A DNA stretch of 64,000 bases from an uncultured Mycoplasmatota bacterium (GTDB taxonomy: Bacteria; Bacillota_I; Bacilli_A; RF39; UBA660). The notes beneath the pieces are model-generated. The model did not search any database, was not told the origin of the DNA, and was given only the letters and a program-made list of their open reading frames with translations. This document shows, in pieces, positions 42,331 through 52,010 of this stretch (position 1 is its first letter; the number at the start of each line of letters is the position of its first letter). A program made the position numbers and the translations under genes. The DNA lies in assembly GCA_947302655.1 (NCBI GenBank), contig CAMYVW010000001.1:340263-404262 (forward strand). The letters are read 5' to 3'.

Positions 42331-44877
42331 ATGAATAGAAGTGAAGTAGATTACGAAAAATTAAGTCCAATGATGAAACAATATATGGACATCAAAAAAG
42401 AATATGAAGAAGAACTTCTGTTTTTTCGTCTTGGTGATTTTTACGAACTTTTCTTTGAAGATGGCATCCTTGCATCAAGAGAGCTTGAACTTACATTAAC
42501 AGGAAAAAATGCAGGTTTAGAGGAAAGAATACCTATGTGTGGTGTTCCTTTTCACTCTGTATCACCATATATAGAAAAGCTAGTTAATAAAGGATATAAA
42601 GTTGCTATTTGTGAGCAGTTAGAAGATCCAAGAAATGTTAAAGGTATGGTTAAAAGAGGAGTAGTTCAAGTTATTAGTAAAGGTACTATTTTTGATTATG
42701 AACTACTTAATAAAAATGAATCAAATTATATTGCATCACTTCTTGATTTCAATCATTTATATATCTTAACCTATGCTGATATATCAACTGGTAAATTATG
42801 TTCTTTAACACTTGAACATAACTTAGACAGTGTTATTAATGAGGTTTTAAGTTTAAATGTTAGTGAACTTATTTTATCTGATTCATCAGACGTAAATTTA
42901 ATAAATTTACTTAAAAATCAGTATAATATTAGTTACACTATTTCAAGTGAATATTTAGAAAGTAAAGATTATGAAAAACTACTTGAACCTCTTAAAGATA
43001 TGCATGCTAAAACCGGAGTTAAGCATCTTTTATATTATCTAATTGTTAAAGAATTAAAAGATTGTTCTCATTTTAATGAAGTAAAAATAATTAATAAAAA
43101 AGATGTTTTAAAAATGGATATTCATACGATTAGAAATCTAGAACTTACTGAAACTTTAAGATTAAAAGAAAGAACAAATTCTTTATTGTGGCTTTTAGAT
43201 AAAACTAAAACTGCAATGGGTTCAAGACTTCTAAGAGAATGGATTATATCACCAATATTAAATAAAGAAGAAATTTCAAAAAGATATGATGAGATAGAAA
43301 AATTTAATACAGAGTTTATTATTAAAGATGAACTAAGAGAAAAATTATCTTTAGTTTATGATATTGAGAGGTTATCAGGTAAAGTAGTAGGTGGACAATT
43401 AAATGCAAGAGATCTATTACAACTTAAAAACTCTTTAAGCGTTCTTCCTGAAATTAAAAACCTATTAATAAATCTAAATCTTGATTATGATATTGATGCT
43501 CATGAAGATATATATTTACTACTTGATAAAGCAATATATGAAAATCCACCTGTTGGCATAAAAGAAGGTTATCTAATTAAAGAAGGATATAATGAAGAAT
43601 TAGATGAACTTAAAAAAATAAGATCTGGTGGAAAAGATTTTGTTTCTGAATTTGAAAAAACAGTTAAAGAAGAAACTGGAATTAAAAACTTAAAAGTCGG
43701 TTATAACAAAGTATTTGGTTACTATATTGAAGTATCAAAGGGACAAGTAAATCTTGTTAAAGATGAATATAAATGGGATAGAAAACAAACTTTAACAAAT
43801 TGTGAAAGATTTATATCCCCACTTTTAAAAGAAAAAGAAGCATTAATACTTAATGCTGAAGATAGAATTATTGATTTAGAATATAACTTATTTAACGAAA
43901 TAAGAGAAGTAATTAAAAAAGAAGTTTTAGGTCTACTTAAAACTGCATCAACACTTGCAAGACTAGATGTTATGCTTTCTCTAAGTGTATGTGCTGATGA
44001 ATATCATCTTATTAAACCTGAAATATCAAGTGAAAACATTATTAAAATCATTGGAGGTAAACATCCAGTTATTGAAAAAGTATCAAAAGGTAATTATGTT
44101 CCTAATGATTGTATAATGGATGAAAACATTAATACCTTATTGATTACTGGACCTAACATGTCAGGTAAATCAACATACATGAGACAACTTGCAATAATAA
44201 TCATTATGGCTCAAATAGGTTCATATGTGCCAGCTGATGAAGCCATCTTACCAATAATAGATCAAATATTTACAAGAATAGGTGCAAGTGATGATTTAGT
44301 TTCAGGTGAATCAACTTTTATGGTTGAAATGAAAGAAGCTCGAAACGCTATATGTAATGCAACTAAAAATAGTTTAATTTTATTTGATGAATTAGGTAGA
44401 GGAACCGCAACATTTGATGGTATGAGTCTTGCTAAAGCAATACTTGAATATATAACAACTGAAATAGGTTGTAAAACACTATTTTCTACTCACTATCATG
44501 AATTAACCGAAATAGAAAGTTATTATCCTAGTATAAAAAATGTTCATGTAGCTGTTAAAGAGGAAGGTGAAGAAGTAACCTTCTTACATAAAATAAAAAA
44601 TGGACCAGTTGATAAGTCATATGGTATTCATGTTGCTAAACTTGCCAATATGCCTAAAAAGGTAATTGATAGAGCATCAGTTATATTAAAAGACTATGAA
44701 AAAGGTGTAAAAATTGATTCAAGTAGTAAAGTTCAACTTAGTATGTCTTTTGATGAACCTCAAACTATTACTAGAAGTTTAATTGAAGAAAGATTAAAAG
44801 AACTAGATATATTAAATACAACACCTATGGATGCTTTAAATGAATTATATGAATTAAAAGAAATGTTAGATAAATAA
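42331..44877 (+). CDS. mutS: DNA mismatch repair protein MutS
   Basis: SPMMKQY, FFRLGDFYELF, GPNMSGKSTYMRQ, FTRIGASDDL, DELGRGT, FSTHYHEL, SYGIHVAKLA. Confidence 0.98.
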   Translation: MNRSEVDYEKLSPMMKQYMDIKKEYEEELLFFRLGDFYELFFEDGILASRELELTLTGKNAGLEERIPMCGVPFHSVSPYIEKLVNKGYKVAICEQLEDPRNVKGMVKRGVVQVISKGTIFDYELLNKNESNYIASLLDFNHLYILTYADISTGKLCSLTLEHNLDSVINEVLSLNVSELILSDSSDVNLINLLKNQYNISYTISSEYLESKDYEKLLEPLKDMHAKTGVKHLLYYLIVKELKDCSHFNEVKIINKKDVLKMDIHTIRNLELTETLRLKERTNSLLWLLDKTKTAMGSRLLREWIISPILNKEEISKRYDEIEKFNTEFIIKDELREKLSLVYDIERLSGKVVGGQLNARDLLQLKNSLSVLPEIKNLLINLNLDYDIDAHEDIYLLLDKAIYENPPVGIKEGYLIKEGYNEELDELKKIRSGGKDFVSEFEKTVKEETGIKNLKVGYNKVFGYYIEVSKGQVNLVKDEYKWDRKQTLTNCERFISPLLKEKEALILNAEDRIIDLEYNLFNEIREVIKKEVLGLLKTASTLARLDVMLSLSVCADEYHLIKPEISSENIIKIIGGKHPVIEKVSKGNYVPNDCIMDENINTLLITGPNMSGKSTYMRQLAIIIIMAQIGSYVPADEAILPIIDQIFTRIGASDDLVSGESTFMVEMKEARNAICNATKNSLILFDELGRGTATFDGMSLAKAILEYITTEIGCKTLFSTHYHELTEIESYYPSIKNVHVAVKEEGEEVTFLHKIKNGPVDKSYGIHVAKLANMPKKVIDRASVILKDYEKGVKIDSSSKVQLSMSFDEPQTITRSLIEERLKELDILNTTPMDALNELYELKEMLDK

Positions 44878-44878
44878 T

Positions 44879-44907
44879 TTGACATTTGTTCGATATTTTG
44901 TTATAAT
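44879..44907 (+). promoter_or_regulatory. Sigma-A promoter carrying shared element ACATTTGTTCGAT (copy 3)
   Basis: TTGACA-TTTGTTCGATATTTTGT-TATAAT, 17-bp spacer, extended TG. Confidence 0.78.
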
Positions 44908-44934
44908 CAATCTCAATTGTTGGGGGTTATGAAT

Positions 44935-46233
44935 ATGAGTAGATACGTAGGTAACCAAGAATTTGATGAAAGATTTTTTAACAATTATATAAAAACAATA
45001 TTTGGTGAAGCGTTTTCACATTCAAGTTTATCAACTGAGAAACTCTTTTTAGAGTGTAATAAATATGCCCTTCAACTACGAGCTTTTACTTCAAGAGCAA
45101 ATAGACAGTATTATGACATGATTTTAAATTATGGCAGAAACGATGATATAAAAATTCTCTATGAAAGAAAAGAAGACTTTAAAAACTACTTAAAATATAT
45201 GAAAGGTATAAGTACAGAAAAATTCTACGATGAAGACAATGAACCGTTACCTTGTTTAGCAGACTTCGACAAGTATTTTCCATATGTCTATAGACCTTTT
45301 AGATCAAAATCAGATCTTGATAAAGCAATAGAGAATAACGAAGAACTTTATATGCCATATGAAAAAGAAACAATGGTATCACAAATAGAAGAACTTTATC
45401 AAATAATATATAATAAATTACAAGCTGATAAAGTTGCTCATAATCATAAAAGAGATAACCATAAAGCTTTTCTTTACGCATTAGAACAAGAAAAATTAGC
45501 TATTCCTGAAATTATAAAAATAAATGAAATAGTTAATGATTCTGATGATATTCATGTTGGTTTTAAAAGCGTTGAAAACACTATTTTAAAGCAAAATGAA
45601 TTAGGTTTTGAAACATGCCCTAAATCACTAGTTCCTGTTCGAATGCAAGAATTAATTTATATGTATAATAATGATTGGAATGAAGAAATACCTAAATTTA
45701 ATTATTTAGAAGAATTAAAAAAATTTAATGATATGATAAATAAAAATGCATATAGTGCAAATGAAATAGCTAAAGAATCTGAAATATTAGAAAAGAAAAG
45801 AGAAGAACATGATAATGCTATTTTATTAAGAGAAGCTAAATTTCATATCGAATTTGAAAGAATCCATCCATTTGAAGATGGTAATGGTAGAACTGGTAGA
45901 ATAATATTAAATAAAAATTTAATTGATAATGGTTTTGCTCCAATAATTATACCTAAGGAAATAAGAGAACAGTACGTATCTTGTATTAATGATCCTGTAA
46001 ACGGACCAACAAGATTTGCTGAAATAATCAAAATATTATCTAGTTCACAAAAATCTATGATGGTATCATCATACCGTGACTTACAAGGTTTTGAACCTTA
46101 TGAACTAAGTCAAAGTGAACTTGGTAATAAAGATAATAAAAATCTTGAGACAGGTGAATCTAGCGTTATAGAAGATGACACAAGAATATATCCTGGTCCA
46201 AATGTAAGAAAAAAAGAAGACACTATCTACTAG
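44935..46233 (+). CDS. Fic-domain protein (AMPylase-type motif) with long unknown N-terminus
   Basis: IHPFEDGNGRTGR complete Fic motif; SD GGGGG favours ATG 44935. Confidence 0.9.
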   Translation: MSRYVGNQEFDERFFNNYIKTIFGEAFSHSSLSTEKLFLECNKYALQLRAFTSRANRQYYDMILNYGRNDDIKILYERKEDFKNYLKYMKGISTEKFYDEDNEPLPCLADFDKYFPYVYRPFRSKSDLDKAIENNEELYMPYEKETMVSQIEELYQIIYNKLQADKVAHNHKRDNHKAFLYALEQEKLAIPEIIKINEIVNDSDDIHVGFKSVENTILKQNELGFETCPKSLVPVRMQELIYMYNNDWNEEIPKFNYLEELKKFNDMINKNAYSANEIAKESEILEKKREEHDNAILLREAKFHIEFERIHPFEDGNGRTGRIILNKNLIDNGFAPIIIPKEIREQYVSCINDPVNGPTRFAEIIKILSSSQKSMMVSSYRDLQGFEPYELSQSELGNKDNKNLETGESSVIEDDTRIYPGPNVRKKEDTIY

Positions 46234-46300
46234 TGTCTTTATTTTATATTTGTAATAAATTATACCTGTGATATAATTACTATACAGGGAGGTAATTTAA

Positions 46301-47266
46301 ATGGCAAAGAAAATAAAAGATACAGAAGAGTCATTTAATATTAAGGACTATAGAAGCGAAATAGATAAATATGTTAAAGAAAAAGTGGCTGAAGAAGCTA
46401 AGAAAGTAGTTAATCTAAAAGATTATAAGGATCAAATTGATAAATATACTAAAGAACGTGTTGAAATTGAATCAGCATCACAAAGTGTAAAATTATTAAA
46501 AAAGCAACTACATAATAAAAAGATTAGTAGTGGTATTAAAAGCTTTATTATTTTATGTTTACTAGCTTGTATGGGTTATGGAATATATTATTTATATCAA
46601 GATGGATATTTCGATGAAAATAAAGGAGTCAAATGTCCTGTAAATAATTGTGATGTTAGTAAAATTATAATGGATGATCCATCATCAAAAACTGATAAAG
46701 GTAAATCGAAAGAAGTATCTCTAGACGAACTTAAAGTTAAATATTCTTATTTACTTGACTCAGTAATATTTGATGCGAATAGTAATTATACAAGGGATTA
46801 TTATCAAGGTAATTTAACCAATGAAATTAAACTATATTTATCATATAAATTATTAGGTAGTGATGAAATAATTACAAGTGATGATTCAAGTTATTTTGAT
46901 TCAATGTCACTTGAATCATCATATAAAAAATTATTTAGTGATAAAATTAATTTAACTTCATTTAAATATAATAATGCATCATATATATATATTCCTGGTA
47001 AGGAAATTTATATGACAAATAACAAACCTAATGAAGTAAAAAATATTACTCGTGAAATTACTGATATTACTTTAGATGACGAAAATAATATAATTATTAC
47101 ATGCGTTGAAGGTTACATTAATGAATCTGGAAAGTTATATAATATTTTAACTAATAAAGAAATACCAGGTTATAAGCAAAGTTATAGTTTATCTAAATAT
47201 AAAGATAAATTAAATACTATTACATACGTATTTAATGACAATTATCTTATTAACTTATATAAATAA
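46301..47266 (+). CDS. Hypothetical membrane protein
   Basis: Repeat NIKDYRSEIDKYVKEKV / NLKDYKDQIDKYTKERV, one TM, extracellular domain. Confidence 0.7.
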   Translation: MAKKIKDTEESFNIKDYRSEIDKYVKEKVAEEAKKVVNLKDYKDQIDKYTKERVEIESASQSVKLLKKQLHNKKISSGIKSFIILCLLACMGYGIYYLYQDGYFDENKGVKCPVNNCDVSKIIMDDPSSKTDKGKSKEVSLDELKVKYSYLLDSVIFDANSNYTRDYYQGNLTNEIKLYLSYKLLGSDEIITSDDSSYFDSMSLESSYKKLFSDKINLTSFKYNNASYIYIPGKEIYMTNNKPNEVKNITREITDITLDDENNIIITCVEGYINESGKLYNILTNKEIPGYKQSYSLSKYKDKLNTITYVFNDNYLINLYK

Positions 47267-47354
47267 TGAAGATAAATCAAAAGATTTGTCTTTTTTATTT
47301 AAATAACTTTATATATTTATAATAAACGTGTTATAATTGTAGAAGGTGATATTT

Positions 47355-47756
47355 ATGGCATTAACTAGAAGTGAACTTCGCGAAAAATGTATGGTTATTC
47401 TTTATCAAAATGATGTTTTATATAAAAATAAAAATGACGGTGATATTGATGCTATTATTAAAGAAAATTTAGAAATTGATAATGATTTTGTTAAAGAAAT
47501 AGTTTATGGCGTAGTAACTCATTTTAACGAACTTGATCAAATCTGTAATAAATACATGAAAAATTGGAGTATTGATAGAATTGATAAAACAGGTGCTGCA
47601 ATCTTACGTATTGCAACATATGAACTAAAATATACTGATACACCTCCAGTTGTTGTTGTAAATGAAGCCATAGAGCTTGCAAAAAAATATTCTGACGATG
47701 ACGTAAGAAAAATGATTAATGCTGTGCTAGATAAAATTATTAATGAAAATGAATAA
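47355..47756 (+). CDS. nusB: Transcription antitermination factor NusB
   Basis: TRSELRE, NWSIDRIDK..ILRIATYEL, VVNEAIELAKKY, INAVL. Confidence 0.95.
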   Translation: MALTRSELREKCMVILYQNDVLYKNKNDGDIDAIIKENLEIDNDFVKEIVYGVVTHFNELDQICNKYMKNWSIDRIDKTGAAILRIATYELKYTDTPPVVVVNEAIELAKKYSDDDVRKMINAVLDKIINENE

Positions 47757-47779
47757 TAAATAATGAAAGGAAAGCTGCT

Positions 47780-48973
47780 ATGAATAATAAGTATTTAACT
47801 ATTTCACAAATTAACGAATATGTTAAGATGCGTATTGATAGTGACGCTAACCTTAAAAAAATATTTCTTAAAGGTGAAATCTCAAATTTTAAAAATCATA
47901 CGAGAGGTCACCTTTATTTTACATTAAAAGATGATAATTCAAGACTTTCTGCAGTTATGTTTTCATCTTCGGCAGTAAACTTAAAATTCACACCTGAAGA
48001 TGGAATGAATGTTTTAGTTGAAGGAAGATTATCTTGTTATCCAGCTCAGGGAACTTATCAAATATATGTTGATAAAATGGAAATGGATGGACTTGGTAAT
48101 TTATATTTAGAATATGAAAAACTAAAAAAGAAGTTAAGTGAAGAAGGTTTGTTTGATGAATTAAGAAAAAAACCTATTCCAAAATATCCATCAAAAATAG
48201 GAATTGTAACTGCATCAACTGGTGCTGCTATAAAAGATATTTTATCAACCATAAAAAGAAGATATCCTATATGTGAAACAATATTATTTCCATCACTAGT
48301 TCAAGGAGCAGGAGCTGCACCTGATATTGTTAAACAAATTAATAAAGCACAAGAATATGATTTAGACATTTTAATTGTAGGTCGTGGTGGTGGATCTATT
48401 GAAGACTTATGGGCATTTAATGAGGAAATTGTTGCAAGAGCAATATTTGAATCAAAAATTCCTGTAATTAGTGCCGTTGGTCATGAAGTTGATTTTACTA
48501 TTGCTGATTATGTTGCAGATTTAAGAGCACCAACACCAACAGGTGCTGCTGAAATGGCTGTTCCTGTATTATCAGAAGTTATTACAAGTATTGAAAATTT
48601 AAAAATAAGATTAAGAGAAAATATATTAAAGACATTAAAACAAAGTGAACTTAGATTTAATAAAGTAAAAGATTCATTTATCTTATCTAATCCACTTGCA
48701 ATGTATGAAGTCAAAGAAGAGAAATTAAATAATTATATAAATGTACTTAATAAATATATAAATGATATATTAGTTGAAAAAAGACATAAATTGAATATTG
48801 ATTTAAATTCACTTAAACTTTTAAATCCGGTTAATATTATGGAAAAAGGATATTCACTTGTAAAAGTAAAAGACAAAATAATAAGTAAAGCTGAAGATTT
48901 AAATGTCGGAGAAAAAATAGATATTAAATTACATAAAGGTGAAGTTATAGCCGAAGTAAAGGAGATCAAATAA
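47780..48973 (+). CDS. xseA: Exodeoxyribonuclease VII large subunit
   Basis: GEISNF, GHLYFTLKD, IVGRGGGSIEDLWAFNEE, SAVGHEVD, DLRAPTPTGAAE. Confidence 0.97.
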   Translation: MNNKYLTISQINEYVKMRIDSDANLKKIFLKGEISNFKNHTRGHLYFTLKDDNSRLSAVMFSSSAVNLKFTPEDGMNVLVEGRLSCYPAQGTYQIYVDKMEMDGLGNLYLEYEKLKKKLSEEGLFDELRKKPIPKYPSKIGIVTASTGAAIKDILSTIKRRYPICETILFPSLVQGAGAAPDIVKQINKAQEYDLDILIVGRGGGSIEDLWAFNEEIVARAIFESKIPVISAVGHEVDFTIADYVADLRAPTPTGAAEMAVPVLSEVITSIENLKIRLRENILKTLKQSELRFNKVKDSFILSNPLAMYEVKEEKLNNYINVLNKYINDILVEKRHKLNIDLNSLKLLNPVNIMEKGYSLVKVKDKIISKAEDLNVGEKIDIKLHKGEVIAEVKEIK

Positions 48974-49194
48974 TGGAAAAAGAAAAAACATTTGAAGAAG
49001 CTTTAGAAGAGCTTGAAACTATTGTTAAAGAGCTTGAAATGGGTAACGCCCCACTTGATGAAGCTATAAAAAAATATACTTTAGCTATGAACTTAGCCAA
49101 AGTATGTAATGAAAAACTAGAAAACGCTACAAAAAGTGTTAATAAAATCTTAGAAGAAAATGGAAAATTAGAAGATTTTAATATTGAAGAATAA
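48973..49194 (+). CDS. xseB: Exodeoxyribonuclease VII small subunit
   Basis: FEEALEELETIVKELEMG..PLDEAI. Confidence 0.95.
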   Translation: MEKEKTFEEALEELETIVKELEMGNAPLDEAIKKYTLAMNLAKVCNEKLENATKSVNKILEENGKLEDFNIEE

Positions 49195-49230
49195 AATCCG
49201 ACAATATTCTAATTATTCATAAAATATAAT

Positions 49231-49254
49231 AAACCTCCATACAAGGAGGTTTTT
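49231..49254 (+). terminator. Hairpin after xseB whose 3' arm is the dinD Shine-Dalgarno
   Basis: AAACCTCC-ATACAA-GGAGGTTTTT; ATG at 49258. Confidence 0.7.
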
Positions 49255-49257
49255 ATT

Positions 49258-49764
49258 ATGGAAACAAATATTGTAGGTGCTAGTTTATTTGATAATATTA
49301 AACATATAGACGATGAAGGAAATGAATATTGGTACGCAAGGGAATTACAAAAGATATTAGATTATTCTCAGTGGAGAAGATTTGAAGATGTAATTAATAA
49401 AGCTATTACTTCTTGCAGAAATAATGAAAAAGATCCAAACTACTATTTTGCCATAGTTGGCAAAATAGTGAAAACAGGGGTTTCAACGATACAAATTAAA
49501 GATTTTAAACTATCTAGATATGCATGTTATTTGATTGCTCAAAATGGTGATCCAAGAAAGAAAATCATTTCTTTAGCTCAAAATTATTTTGTTACTAAAA
49601 CAAGAGAACAAGAACTTGAAGAATTAGTATATAAAGAAATGAGTGAAGATGATAAAAGAATATATCATCGAAATATAACTAAGAAAAAGAATTATTTATT
49701 AGATTAAACAGCACTTAAATCTGGAGTGAAGAACGAAGTAAAAAATAAAGAATTAAAACCTTAA
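49258..49764 (+). pseudogene. dinD: Truncated DinD-like (DNA-damage-inducible, Bro-like N-domain) gene
   Basis: FDNIKH..EYWYARELQKILDYSQWRRF, LSRYACYLIAQNGDPRK, AQNYF. TAA at 49705 is followed in frame by TALKSGVKN, then an early end; full-length members are about twice as long (from memory). Confidence 0.75.
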
Positions 49765-49817
49765 TTCTTTTATTTATCAAGAAAATATATTATAATGATA
49801 ATTAGTTGGTGATATAT

Positions 49818-51239
49818 ATGAAAAATGAAAGTATTACATCAAGAGATGTTGATTTTGCAAAATGGTATACAGATGTAGTAAGGGCGGCTAAGCTTGCTGA
49901 TTATACTTCTGTAAAAGGATGTATTGCAATAGAACCTAATGGATATGCTATTTGGGAAAAAATACAATCAATTATGGATAAGAAATTTAAAGAATTAGGT
50001 CATGTTAATGTTCAAATGCCACTTCTTATTCCAGAACACTTATTTAATCAAGAGAAAGAATTAATTGAAGGTTTTGCTCCAGAACTTGTATGGGCAACTG
50101 AAGCTGGAGATAAAAAACTAGAAGAAAGACATGCAATTAGATCAACTTCTGAAACTGTATTTTGCGATTATTATAAAAAACATTTAACATCATATAAAGA
50201 CTTACCGCTTCTTTATAATCAGTGGTGTAATGTTTTTAGATATGAAAAAGAAACTAGACCATTTCTTCGAAGTAGAGAATTTTTATGGCAAGAAGGTCAT
50301 ACTGTTCATGCAACTGCAGAAGATGCTGAAGCAGAAACAAAAAGAATGATGGATGTATACATGTGGTTCAATAATGAAATCCTTGCTATACCATCAATTT
50401 CAGGTAAGAAAACAGAAAAAGAAAAATTTGCTGGAGCAGAATATACACTTACTTGTGAAGACTTAATGTATAACGGTGTATGTTTACAAGATGGAACTAG
50501 TCATTATTTCGGTCAAAAGTTTAGTAAAGCATATGATGTTAAATTTACAAATAAAGATAATAAAGATGAGTATGCTTACTATACAACTTGGGGTAAAACA
50601 ACAAGAATGATAGCAGCTATAATTATGGTACATGCAGATGACTATGGTTTAGTACTTCCTCCAAGAATAGCGCCAAAACAAGTATGCATTATTCCAATTG
50701 GTAAAAGTGAAGAAGTAGATAATTTATGTAAAATATATCAAGAAGAATTATCAAAAAATGATATTGTTGCATATATAGATAACTCAGATAAATCTCCAGG
50801 ATTTAAATTTGCTGAAGCAGAAGTTAACGGTATTCCAGTTCGAATTGAAGTAGGAGCTCGTGACTTAGAAAAAGGTGTTATCACTTTTGCAAGACGTGAT
50901 ACAAGAGAAAAAATAGAAGTAAGTAAAGATGTTGATATAGCTTCATACACAAAAGATCTTCTTGAAACTATTCAAAAAGATATGTATGAAAAAGCTAAAG
51001 AGAGAAGAGATAAATTAACATTTACTGCTAAAACATATGAAGAAATGAGAGATATTTTAAATACACAACCAGGATTCATTCATGCTGATTGGTGTGGAGA
51101 TGAAGAATGTGAACTTAAAGTTAAGGAACTTAAAGGTTGTAAATCAAGATGTATCTCTGAAGAACCTTTAATTACAGGTAAATGCGTATGCTGTGGAAAA
51201 GAAGCTAAGCATCACGTTATTTGGGGAATTCAATATTAA
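49818..51239 (+). CDS. proS: Proline--tRNA ligase, archaeal/eukaryote-type (no editing insert, C-terminal Zn domain)
   Basis: FAKWYTDVV, FAPEL, RYEKETRPFLRSREFLWQEGHT, LQDGTSHYFGQ, CVCCGK tail. Confidence 0.96.
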   Translation: MKNESITSRDVDFAKWYTDVVRAAKLADYTSVKGCIAIEPNGYAIWEKIQSIMDKKFKELGHVNVQMPLLIPEHLFNQEKELIEGFAPELVWATEAGDKKLEERHAIRSTSETVFCDYYKKHLTSYKDLPLLYNQWCNVFRYEKETRPFLRSREFLWQEGHTVHATAEDAEAETKRMMDVYMWFNNEILAIPSISGKKTEKEKFAGAEYTLTCEDLMYNGVCLQDGTSHYFGQKFSKAYDVKFTNKDNKDEYAYYTTWGKTTRMIAAIIMVHADDYGLVLPPRIAPKQVCIIPIGKSEEVDNLCKIYQEELSKNDIVAYIDNSDKSPGFKFAEAEVNGIPVRIEVGARDLEKGVITFARRDTREKIEVSKDVDIASYTKDLLETIQKDMYEKAKERRDKLTFTAKTYEEMRDILNTQPGFIHADWCGDEECELKVKELKGCKSRCISEEPLITGKCVCCGKEAKHHVIWGIQY

Positions 51240-51274
51240 AAAAGAATGTAATTTAAAATTACATTCTTTTTTTT
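51240..51274. terminator. Bidirectional terminator between convergent genes
   Basis: AAAAGAATGTAATT-TAA-AATTACATTCTTTT. Confidence 0.82.
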
Positions 51275-51275
51275 A

Positions 51276-52010
51276 TTATTTTAATAAATCTCTTGATGCT
51301 ATATAAGATGTAAGTGGTATAACAAGTATGGATGCGATAAATGATAAAAGTAGTTTAGATATTTCAACTACAAATGATTTATAGTTAATAATATAACCAA
51401 AACCAGATCCATAGTGCCACATAAAAAACCCAATAAATTCTGCAACTAAAGCAAAGTATAAGGTATTAATAGTTGTTGCTATTATATCTTTACCTATATT
51501 CATACCAGAATTATATAATTCTTTTTTATCTAAATGAGGATTATTAATATGGACCTCATTTAATGCTGATGATATTGATATAGAAGTATCAATAATTGTT
51601 CCAATAGTAGTTATTAAAAACATTCCTATAAGTACATTAGTCATATCATAATTTATGTCAAATGAATAACCACCAATTGCTTCAAGTGATTCAGCTGAAA
51701 AACCTTGTATATTAGCTCTTTTACCTATAAAAAATGTTAGTAAAAATATAATAACTAATATAATCATAATTGCTTTAAATGATGATTTAGTTTTAACATT
51801 TACTTCATTTAAACCAAATAAAGTAGTAGCTGTTACTACAATACATATAATTATTGCATGAATTATTGCATTTAGTCCTATACTTATTATAAATAAATAT
51901 ACTAATATTAAAAATAGATTTAAATAAAATATTCCAAATGTTTTAAGACCTCTTGATTTACCAACTAAAATGAGTAGGGTAAAAAGAATAATTGATAAAA
52001 TAGTAATCAT
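51276..52010 (-). CDS. YibE/F family membrane protein
   Basis: IGTIIDTSISISSALNE, GMNIGKDIIATTINTLYFA, ILVIPLTS. Confidence 0.88.
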   Translation of the reverse strand: MITILSIILFTLLILVGKSRGLKTFGIFYLNLFLILVYLFIISIGLNAIIHAIIICIVVTATTLFGLNEVNVKTKSSFKAIMIILVIIFLLTFFIGKRANIQGFSAESLEAIGGYSFDINYDMTNVLIGMFLITTIGTIIDTSISISSALNEVHINNPHLDKKELYNSGMNIGKDIIATTINTLYFALVAEFIGFFMWHYGSGFGYIINYKSFVVEISKLLLSFIASILVIPLTSYIASRDLLK

